Positions 53,101 to 64,000 of a stretch of DNA of 64,000 nucleotides are shown piece after piece. The stretch's first letter is position 1; each line of letters opens with the position of its first letter. The stretch comes from Chrysomallon squamiferum (taxonomy: Eukaryota > Animalia > Mollusca). The stretch is taken from assembly GCA_012295275.1 (NCBI GenBank), contig CM022670.1:38068001-38132000 (forward strand), written 5' to 3'. A program made the translations under genes and the position numbers. The notes under the pieces are model-generated. The model was not told the DNA's origin. It saw only the letters and a list, made by a program, of their open reading frames with translations, and did not search any database.

Positions 53101-56100
53101 CTCACTTTGCATAGCCACTGGTGAATCCTTTCAAAAGTGTTAGTGGTTAGTTGGGATTATTAAAAACACGACAAAGAAAAACGTAGACCCATTACTCCGT
53201 AACTATTTCAAGATACAACTGCACCCATTCTGCTGTCCCCACCCACAGCAGATGCCATAGTGTGGACAAAATATTTAATCACAAATCAACTATTAATTTA
53301 ATATAATTTACAAAATATCTTTGGTCACACAAGCTATTGACTGTCCAATCTATACAGTATCTGAATTATGTAACTCGTATATTAATCTTTAGATGGACAT
53401 GTTTTTGTTCAGATCTAATTATAAAATATTTAATATTCAATATTCTATATATATATATATATAATAAAAACTCATAAGGTTATTTTTGGCTGGGCATATT
53501 ACATCTGAATCCAGTTATATAATATTTGCTATTGTTACAAATTATTTTACCAATTGTATATACAGATATAGATATAGATATATATATATATATATAGAAA
53601 TTAAAAAAAATCAAGGTGTAATTCTGTAGGTGAGATCATGAGTAGAATTTACAACAAATAGTGCCAATATATACAAACATAAGAGCCAAATTTAGAAATA
53701 ATTTTCTTTATCTGATAAATAGATTTAACTAAATATAAAATACAGCTCATTTATTTCCTAGTGATAAAATAAAAAGTTTAAATAGATGCAAAAATTAAAT
53801 TATTCTTTTTAAAAATTTGACAGTGTTTGAAGTTAAAAGTTGCACAAAATATATTGACTGTAAAACTGTACCAAAAGTTTTATATTTATTTTATTTTATT
53901 TTATGGTATTTTTTTTTTCTAAATGTTTCCTGTTTTCATAAAGAAGCTGAAAACAATTTTCAGAATCTGATTTTACAGCTTTGATTTTTAATTTATTACT
54001 GACAGTTGGCACAAAGAAAATGCAATCAATTATTGTAAAATGAAATAGCTTATTGTTTAAACAAAAAAAAGAAGAAAACCAAAAATACAATTATTTTAGA
54101 ATATGATGACTGAAAATTACAAATGTATAAATCCAAATGTTATTAGAAAATATAACTTTTTTACAAACATATATACAAATGCTAAACAAAAACAAAATAA
54201 AACAAGACAGAAATAAGAGAAAATTTTAAAAATAATCATTAGACAAGTATGTATTTATAATAATCTACCTATGCTATATATATATATATATATATACACA
54301 CAGACATACATAAACACACACATTTGTATGTGTATGTATGTGTATGTATGTATGTATGTATATATTTATGTATATATATATATATATATTTTTTTTAAAT
54401 TTATTTATTTATATATATTTTGTTTACATTTCAGCACATAAATATACAAATGGGAGAAACAAAATAGTTAAATTTGTAATAAAATATCATAGTAATATAA
54501 AACATTGTGCCACTCAGGTATTGATAATGATCAATGTGTGTTAATTCTTGATTTGTTTTCTTTTCATCACAGGCAGAACATATTGCAGGCTGGTTTCAAC
54601 ATTTGTGGTTCCTTGTAGATATTCTATAAAAGGTGATAACTAAAAAATAAAAAAACAAAAGAAAAGGTTTTTTAAAAGTCGTTATGTTTTTTTGTTCTGT
54701 TTTTTTTTTTTTTTTTTTATTCTTCTCTGTGAAATATTTTAAATAAATAAATAAATTTAAATAGTAGTAAAATAATACCAGATGTTATTTGTGTACTCTA
54801 ATTGTTTTGCTTTTATTTTTTATTTTTTATTTTTTTTTTTGTTTCTGGGGCTTTTTCCCCCACAGGAAATCCTATACTAAACCCACTATCTCCCAGCCAA
54901 CATATGAAATGCCAAATTAACAACATACATTTGTACAATATGTATTTACAAAAAGTCAAATGAAAATAAGATATTAAAAATACACATCACAGAGAGAGAG
55001 AAACAAACACATTTCCTTCAAACAAACACAGATACTCTAAAACACATCCTGAAATACTTGACCTTTGACATCTTGGTATGACAATTCAAAATGAAAAAAA
55101 AAACAAGTAACAATAGAATTCAAAGCATCAGTAATTTAAGGCTTTAAATGACAGTTGACAGCCGATTCTGAATTAAATCATTTTTTTTTTTTTTTTTTTT
55201 TTTACTGACATAACAAGGAAATCGTGTAATATTAAATTTTGAAATTTGAGGTGAGTGTCAAAGGAATGTTTAAAGTATATGTTTGGTTTAGAGGACTGAC
55301 AGCACATGGGTGTTAACAGTTTTCCCCACAGGGGACAGCCATTACTTGATTAATACTTACATACATAGTTATTAAAATAAGGTAAGTCTGACTGCAAAAA
55401 CAATTAAAGATTTAAATATTTGTTGTTACTGCATTAAAACAAAGTTAAAATAAGTTCAACACAACAAAGGAGAACAGTTTCAAACAAATTCACAAAAATT
55501 TCATTGCTTTTTCTTGTCGTTTGTTTTGGTTCTTTGGAGTTTCTGGGTGGGTCTTTTTTTTTTTTTTTTTTTTTTTTTTTTCCTTTTACCAACCAGGAAG
55601 ATTAGTGCATTGCAGAGTTCCCATTTTCCCAATCAAGTAAATTACAGGTTTGTTTTCTATTTCAAGCCACCGATTCAACATGTTTTGTTTTTATCTTTCA
55701 GTGGTGAAAGTTTAACCTTTCTCGTTTTTCAGTTATCTGCATTAGCTCTGTTTAAATCTGCAATTTAACTCTTGGTTGTTTCTTTTTCTTTTTTCTTTCT
55801 TTCAGTACATTAACACCAAATGGTAATAAAATCTCTAGGGATGTAATGAAAACCAGAAACCTGAAAACTTTATTATATTTGTCTGTGTTCAGTTCCAAAC
55901 AAAGAGGAAGTGCCTCCATATTAAGTTTTCTTCACAAAAACCCACTAACAATTAGAACATTAAAAGAAACAGCTATCTGTTCCGAGTTAGAAAACATTAA
56001 CGGATCAACAATCAAAACCATGTTTTTGTGTGTCTGTACGTATAAAAGAATTCTAGTTTGATTCACTGAAATATAATTTTAAATTCTGCATACAAATCAC

Positions 56101-57981
56101 ATCACTGATTCCATCATATTACACAACAGTTGTAAGAGATTTAGCTTTTTTCTAATATTTTTAATTTTTTTAATTTTAATTATTATTGTTTTAATTATTT
56201 ATCTTTTTGTTGTTGTCCTTGTTTGAATATTCCTTGTACTCTGTTTATAACCTTCGCTATCTTAATACAAAACACATGCCAAAAATCTATATAAAATTAA
56301 CACTATTTTCAAAAATCTGACTCAGTTTTCAAAAATCAATTTATATATAATTCAGTGATAATTTACTTAAAAAACTGTTTTGCAGATTTTGTAATCTCTA
56401 TTTATTATTTTCACTTTTTGCATAGTTAAAATATGATTTATAGTTTTACATTTGTTCTGCTACTTAATTTATCAACAATCCCAGTACATTTTTTCTAAGT
56501 TATCTTTTTTCAGACAGAAAATCCAAAACTGTACACAGAGTATCTTCACGCTAAACATACACAATTATATTTACAAACCTGCATAAGTTAATAAAGGTGC
56601 AGCTTATTGATCAAGTAGTTTTCCATGCAAATTCCTCAACAATATAATTTACATTAGTAACTGGAATGCTCAAGAAAGATGTATGTCTGATACCTGTTGC
56701 TGAATTTAGGCAATCATAAAAAGAGTTTACATAAAAGAAACAAGAAGTACGGGATGGTAACTTTAATAAACTGATGCCTGTGTAGGTGTATTTAACATGA
56801 ACATTTTTCATTCTGCTGTTATTAATAATCACTGGCAGATTAGGCAGATTTGAAACAAATCTGTTTAAAAAAAACACAAAAAAAAACAAACAAGAAGAAG
56901 ATGATTTTAAAATTAGATGTTTTACAAGCAGCGATGCTTTTTAGGAGTGGGGGAAAAAAAAAAAAAAAAAAAAAACAATCATCTGAAAATCCAGTTTGTG
57001 TCATCAAATAATTTTAAAAATTTTATTTTTATTGTTTGTTACTGTTGGAGAATGGTGTTTTTGTTATTGCTACTGTTGATGAATGCTTCTAAAGACAAAA
57101 AAACACAGTCGTTTAAAGAAACTTATTCCAACTAAATAAAAAGAGAGAGAGAAAGAAAAAGGAGAGTCAGCTATTTTACTAACTGAGATTCTAAGAGAGA
57201 GAGCTGCATGCAGGGTTTTCAAATAAAACTTGTTTTATGAGCTAAGTGTTGGCTAACAGGACGGATGTGTACTTGCTGAAGAGATAGATGACTGCTAAAC
57301 CAGAGTGTGCCACAGTTTATGTATCATTATCAATCAAGTATCCTACTATCATGCAACAACAAAGTCTTTAACCTATTAAATCAGTAAGTTTAAAAAAAAA
57401 AAAAAAAAAAAAATTAAAAAAAAATTTGTGTACTGGGGAAAGGAAGAAAAATAAATTAAAAAAGCACATTTGGGACTAGATGTTTATAAATGTGTGATTT
57501 GATGGCAACAGATCGTTTTTACATAATGTTAATTTATCAGAAGAAAAACGAAAAAACCAGAGCAATTCTCAGATATTTCTGAACCACTGTTACATCATTT
57601 GTGCTCATTTTTTTCACAGTAAAAAATATATTTTCAAAAAAACAGCTGAAAAACATTTTTTCAAAAACCCAGAAACAAAAAGAGTGCCTTAAACAATTAT
57701 TATACAGACATTTTAATTTTTAAGTATTTTTTTTTCTTTTTAATTTTTTTTCTTTTTTAAATAATTAATTTATGCAAATTTATGAATAATAAACAAGACA
57801 GGTCTGAAAACAGAAAACACTTGTTTCCCACCCCCACCCCCCTATAAAGTCACATCCTTTTCTGCAAACGAGAGATGCCAACCACTGTTTCAGTCTTCTT
57901 CTAAAACTCTGTATTTTATATCTTTGATGAAGGGTAAATATACAAACCAACCGTAGAAAACAACACTCCATTTAACTGTCT

Positions 57982-58182
57982 TCAACTCTGTGAGGAGTTG
58001 GGATCACACTGTAGTAAGCGCACTATCGATGGGTCACTTTTTGCGCCTTCAATAAATTCATCGATGGACAGTTTCCCATCAAAGTTCTTGTCCATCTGTC
58101 TGAAAATCTTGTCTGTTCGTTTCTCGGGTGTTGATTCATCTTCGGGCATCTTCATAACAGTGCCCACCATCTTGTAAATAGC
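57982..58182 (-). CDS. NCALD: Neurocalcin / hippocalcin-like neuronal calcium sensor, last coding exon (EF-hand 4); upstream exons lie beyond the window end
   Basis: After a ttacAG acceptor (58185-58183): [66 protein letters not shown]. This is nearly the neurocalcin/hippocalcin C-terminus; the [12 protein letters not shown] ending separates it from NCS-1/frequenin. Confidence 0.93.
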   Translation of the reverse strand, partial: AIYKMVGTVMKMPEDESTPEKRTDKIFRQMDKNFDGKLSIDEFIEGAKSDPSIVRLLQCDPNSSQS

Positions 58183-59639
58183 CTGTAATTGCAATGGGAC
58201 ACAATTAGAAACATTTAAGCTCAAAAGAAGAAATAAAAAGAAGAAGAAAAAAGTTTTTCAGTGAAGTGAATATTTTTGGACTCTGTGAAATACTTTCAGT
58301 GGTATAAGATGATGATCTGAAAGAACTTAAATATACAGAAATATCGAGATTACAACTTCTGATTCAGATGAAATAAAATGAACGACTGAATATTAAATGA
58401 AACTCTGACAGTTTCATGAATAATTACCAAAAAGGTGTTAAAGATATGGTTCTTTCTATTATAATGACATTAGAGATGAAATCCATTACTACATTTCCAC
58501 TGACTATTCTAATCAATCACCAGACACAGATGCAATGAAAAGATTGTACCGAAACTGGGTAAATAAGGTATTTTTATCTTTTAAATTCTAAGCATTATAA
58601 AAACCATCACATTGTGTGATTGTGAATCATTCTTAATATTTATTATTTATTATATATTTCTTTTCTTTTTTTTGCTTCCTTTCTCTCTTTCTTTATAAAT
58701 ATGAAGTATGTAGATAACATAATTACTTATAGGAAAATCAATAAATGTAGCACTTGAAATTCCTTTAAGTCTTTCTGGAAAATAAATATTCAGATCTATT
58801 CACTAACTTAGTGAAGCAAAGAATTCAGTGAACCTCACATTTAAACTGTGCTTTTTCAAAGATATCTTCATCTATTAATTTCCATTACACGTAAGGCCAA
58901 ACAAATTAATCTCTATTTTCTTCATGTTTACTAAAATAAATGAAGTCAAAAAAAACTGTATAGGAAATATTTCATTTTGTTTAATAAATCTTATTTACTT
59001 CTGCTCAGTGTCTGATTTAGCTGTTGTGGAACATGGAGTACTTCAGGTTCTGGAGGGCCCTCGGTGCAGAAATTAAATTACATGACATATTAAAACGTGA
59101 ACTAAAATTAATGATAGACTGCATCTGAAACCAAAAAAAACAAGTTAGGTTCTGAAGAAGACGACTGGTTTTATTTTTCTCAGTTTAACTGACGGCGAGA
59201 ATATCAATGACTAAAATTTTCAGTTTTCAATGCAGGCCACACTGATACAAAAGTGCTGGTGATCAGAAAAGGTATGAAGCAAGGTGGTTCCTTTATTTAT
59301 TTTAATTAGGCACATCACTGTTAATTTTTATTCTTTTTTATACTGCTGTATAAGTCTGAATATATTTTTTGTTTAAATAAAGGAAGTCTGGAGTGCCTGG
59401 GGAAATTACCACATCTGCCCACTTAAAAAAATCCAGCCCTGCTTCTACTGCATACTGAAGTTGTTATTTTGCAAAAAGTAATATTTTTCTTTTTCCTTAA
59501 AATTTTTTTTTTTTTTTTTTTCAAAACTATAGTTATTGAGAATATCAGAAGAAAATACATTATGCACCATCATGAACATCAATAAAGGAGATTATTATCA
59601 TTATTTTTTATTTATTATTTTTTTTGCTTCTTTATGATG

Positions 59640-59930
59640 ATGAAGTTTGACATGATCAAAGCAAAGCTATGATCTGTTATATGTGAAGCTTTAATACCAT
59701 TGTTTTGAATTTAGATATCATTATTGTAGAGCTCTGATGCCATCATTATTACACTAATATTAAGCCATGATCTATTAACTATGATTTTTTCATTATTAAA
59801 CTATAATGTCATCACTATAATTCTATTAAGCAACCATTATAAAGCTATGATGCAACTGTTATGACATTATGAAGCAACCATATGAAACAATGATGCCACC
59901 GTAATAAAACTATGATACTTTGATGAATGT
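59640..59930. repeat. Degenerate short-unit (~22 bp) tandem repeat in the neurocalcin intron
   Basis: Recurring AAGCTATGATGCCATCATTAT-like units. Confidence 0.6.
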
Positions 59931-60947
59931 ATAGTATTTATTACCTTACATCAATTTGATATTCTTAACTTACTAATTCAGGATGTGGGGGACCAGTAAA
60001 GGACAGGAGAAATGCAAATAGTAATCAGACTGTCTTGTTTGTTTGTTTGTGTCTACAACAACAGAAACAGATGGTATGTGATGTGTTTTTGAAATCTGCA
60101 GGTCAAGGTAATATAAACAGACCACACAATGGGGTTGCTGGGACAGTCACATGGTTAACGCAATAATAATTAGTGTTTATCATGAATATGTTTACAAAAC
60201 AGGAACGTATGAATGAAAACAGTGTTGTTAAAATCTGGGAAAACTAAGTGTCAAGATACATTGTTGTTTCTTTCAACAAAAAAAAATAATAATCATTTTA
60301 AAAATTCATAAAGTAAAAATATATTTATCACATTGTATCAGTATATCAATTATTGTTCAACAAATCGTATTTTAGCAGAATACAAATAAACACAAAAATT
60401 ATCCCAAATGTTTAATAAATGATTTAAACTAGAGTTAGCTGCAACAAAGGAGAACATACTAACAAAATATGTGTGAATAACGGTGCTAAGCATCCACCAT
60501 TCAGAGATGTTATTGATCTCCACTCTCCATCTGTAGAAAGGGGGCTATAAAAATAATTCTCACATCTTCCCCGCACCACTGTAACCAGGCTGGTCAAACT
60601 ATTAAACTGGGATTGCTTCAAGCAATGGTTCTAATCCCCAGTGGTCAATCTGTCTTAGGTGGATCAATTTCCTTTATGGTGGTGTCTGACATACATCTGC
60701 TGGTACACATAATTGCCACATTGTTTGCTATAATCACTGGTTTACACTTTGTGTATCCTTTCTTCAGGATACAGTTTTCTCAGTTAGGCTGTAATGCATG
60801 TTATGGATGCTTTATTATTCATGCATTTACTTCATTTGTCTTGTAATCAATAATTGAGAACGCAAAGTATTAAATGTCCAACACGATGGAATGTTTTCTT
60901 TTTCTTACAAAAGCTGATGCAGCAGTAATTAATGTATTCTTTTCTCT

Positions 60948-60985
<38 letters not shown>

Positions 60986-62564
60986 AATAAATTGGTTGCT
61001 CAAGTATGGAAGAATGCAAATCGTATGTAGGTCAGGAAATTCTTAATGTCAGAGTCTTGGGTTTTCTATACACACACACTCACAGACACACACAATGTTA
61101 ATTCTAAATTGAAAACTGTTTAACATTTTAGCATGTTTTTTTTTTCATGGTTTTTAATTTGAGTTCTTCATATAAAAAAAAAAAAAAAAAAAGGAAGAGA
61201 AAATAAACAGCCTCAAATCTGTACCTCAATGGTTTATTTCAGCGAAGTGGTTTGAAAAGCATTTATTCTAAATGAGTGTGTGACCTACGAAAAAATCGGA
61301 ATTCATCTATGTTTTGTACTGTACACATTTAGGAAACAATCGATACTTATAAAGTGACCTGGTGCTCCCTCTGACAGCATGATTGAGTGTCTGCTGGCAC
61401 CAAGGGATGAAGGTTGGCATGACATGCATCATGTAACACGCCAAAGCAGAAAACACGGACTTGACAAGTTTCGCGTCAGGATGTATTTTAGTCTCCATTC
61501 ACTTATCACAAGATCAAATAGAGCTAAATGGACTGAGAAGTGTCAAGAAGGGAGTAATTAATCATTTAAAATGGTATTGACATTTCCGAGTCGGCAGACG
61601 TTGTGTTTGTTGCACTGGGTTTAATGCACATGTTCAGCAACGTTGAAACCTTTGTATTGGGGGAAAATATCCTCTGTTAGTGTTTCTAATACATGTAAAT
61701 ATTTTAAATTTTATTTTAATTCGTTGCCTGTGAAGGAAGACTTGTTCTTGTTCTTCTTTTCTTGGGTGGTCTTTTCTCCTTCTTTTTTCTTATTTCTTTT
61801 CTTTCTTTTTTTTCAATTTGAAGCATAGTGCAAAAGAGTATATTTTTGAAAACTGACATTTATGAGAAAGACAGACCATGAGAAAGAAATTTATGTAACA
61901 ACTATTCATTTGCTATTTTGAATTATTTGTAACACATAAAAATGTAACGATATTTTAAAACTGGAGATTTAGTCCCAACTTAAACAGGCCAAAACCACTC
62001 CAGACTACGTCATGTACATGGCTGAAAAACCCTAACTGTAAACTGTAAGCAATCACTTTTCATCAATTTAACATCATTCTGAGTTCACACCAAATTAAAC
62101 TCAACAGATAAAAGTCCCACATCTATAAAAACCATAAATATCTGAATTTGTCACTTGCAAAAGGTACAAACACATAAAAACTAAAAACGAACAAAGGTTG
62201 TCTTATTGTGTACCACCAATTATTTTTAATAGCCATTTTACACAGACAGGTTCAGAGAACTTCTTTTCATGACCATGTAAAATGGTTAGGAAAGGGGGGA
62301 AAAAAAGTGAATAAAAGCACAGGTTGTTGAGAAAACAACAACAACAGTAACAACAAAAGACTGTAAATGTAACAGTAATAAATTACTGCAAGAAATCTTC
62401 TTAATGTTTTTCCAGACAATGTTAAAAATAAAATCTATTGAAATACTTCTACTTCAACCACAAACATCTGTAATAGCTGCAGTTACCTGGTTAAAACAAA
62501 TAACTGTAAATTCTTGTTTACTTTACCTCCACTTTGCACTGATTGGATTCACACACAGACACTA

Positions 62565-62860
62565 GAAAATGTAATGTTACCCATAAGCAATTGTTTTAAA
62601 CAAACAAAAATAATTTTCAGACCAAACAAAACAAAAGAAAGAGAAGAATTAGGGGGGGTTTAAGACTAATTCAGTTCATGTAAAATGAAACACAACCCAT
62701 AAGCAATTGTTTCAAATTAACAAAAATAATTTTCAGCCAGAAAAAAATAAAGCAGAAGGTTTGGTGGGGGTTTTAAGACTGATTTGGTTTGTGTAAAATG
62801 TAACATAACCCATCAGCAATTATTTTAAACAAACACAGATAATTTTCAGATAAAAAAAAA
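62565..62860. repeat. Tandem repeat, ~115 bp x about 2.5
   Basis: ACCCATAAGCAATTGTTTTAAACAAACAAAAATAATTTTCAG occurs three times, with GGGGG-TTTAAGACT-containing spacers. Confidence 0.85.
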
Positions 62861-64000
62861 AAGAACAGAACAACAATTTTTGTGGTCATGCAACCAATTT
62901 GGTTAAACCTAAATTATATAATGACGTGCAGTTATATTCACTTTATAGCTGATTGATATTAACAATAATTGTTCTTGTCGTTAATAACAATCTTACCTCT
63001 TCAAGTCTCAACTCTGCTAACATGTGAAAATTGTTATTAACGTTTCATTTAATATATCTAAGAAACTGGCTGATTGAGTTGTAGGTCCTGCTTGATTACA
63101 AAATATCATATTTAAAATTATGTAGCAATTACATCTTAAATAATAATTAATAGTTATATGCACTTTTTCATTACCTTGTAACACATATTGTGTCTGCCAA
63201 AATCCACAATGTGCATGTGAAGGATACACACACACAATATGGAAAGACATATTAGCAAAAACAAAAATAATAAAAATAAAAGAGTATCTGGATATGAATT
63301 CAATGAATTATTACTGAATATAAACATTGTAATAACATTTCAGCAACTTTATATACCAATTTATGTTATACACACTAGTACATAAATTAGAATATCTTAT
63401 TGAAAATATCCCGTTCATTATGCTTTTTTTAATGTTTTTGCCACTGTGCAATTATCCCCTTTTTTGCTGTTTGTTACTGATTTCTTTAATGTCAACCTAA
63501 GTCATGATGACCCAGCCTCAAATCGCAGAAATGAAATCAAGCAATAATTGTCCATTCAAGAAAAGACTTTAATGCAATCATTCCAGTTGTCTGGATTATT
63601 AAAAATGGTGTCATTACTGGAGAGGTTGTAAATAAAACAAGAAATGGCTTTCCACACAATTATCAATAATTCAGCTTAAAAACTCAAAAAGGGGAAGATT
63701 CCATTTTGTAAAGTCTGCAAGGTTATGTGATTAGTAATTCAAAAACAAATATATATATATATATATTAATGTTAATATTTATATATACTAGATGTATACA
63801 ATACAAATTATAATAGATAAAAAAAATATAAATTTTATAAACAGTATTAAAATGCAAACTCAGGCTGTATTAAAAATAAATTTAAGAAACTAAAAAATTA
63901 CAAAGGTTTAAAATGATAATTATTTACCAACCATGTAACGATAAGCCATAAATGTCAAAACCACTATAACATAAAAACACCATAAATTGCCTGGAAATCT

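Noticed and set aside
53095-53270. Possible SINE relics here and at about 58470-58570 and 59380-59460
   Set aside because: Faint resemblance to gastropod SINE bodies, too decayed to assign without a repeat library.
57900-57984. Stop-codon readthrough or selenocysteine use at the TGA stops of neurocalcin, PREB or PPP1R42
   Set aside because: The proteins end at family-typical lengths; no TGA-CTAG context or recognisable SECIS was seen.
62992-63020. Minus-strand AG...GTAAGA-bounded 17-20 nt segment in the neurocalcin intron (possible microexon)
   Set aside because: Length is not a multiple of three, the pyrimidine tract is poor, and there is no similarity to the EF-hand sequence expected there.

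Overview
AT-rich, intron-rich animal genomic DNA, probably from a gastropod mollusc (inferred from the repeat families and gene content, not proven). Reading splice sites and codon phases by hand gives four protein-coding genes. (1) A 5'-partial, 17-exon, plus-strand gene (2001-17583) whose C-terminal half resembles centrosome/spindle-pole protein CSPP1; the ORF track almost entirely misses it. (2) A complete 9-exon PREB/Sec12 gene on the minus strand (23258-28561). (3) A complete PPP1R42/LRRC67 gene on the plus strand (31276-41132), head-to-head with PREB across a promoter with RFX X-box-like motifs and with several candidate alternative 3' exons. (4) The last coding exon of a neurocalcin gene on the minus strand (57982-58182). 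Also present: a decayed RT+RNase H non-LTR retrotransposon (~44900-48000), SINE-like relics, many microsatellites, minisatellites that abut splice sites, an AG|GTAAGT site made by intron duplication, and a compound hairpin/palindrome. Most ORF-track entries are low-complexity artefacts. I see no clear new multi-gene system. The best leads are the divergent CSPP1-like gene, its apparent ancient linkage with PPP1R42, and the splicing-related structures.
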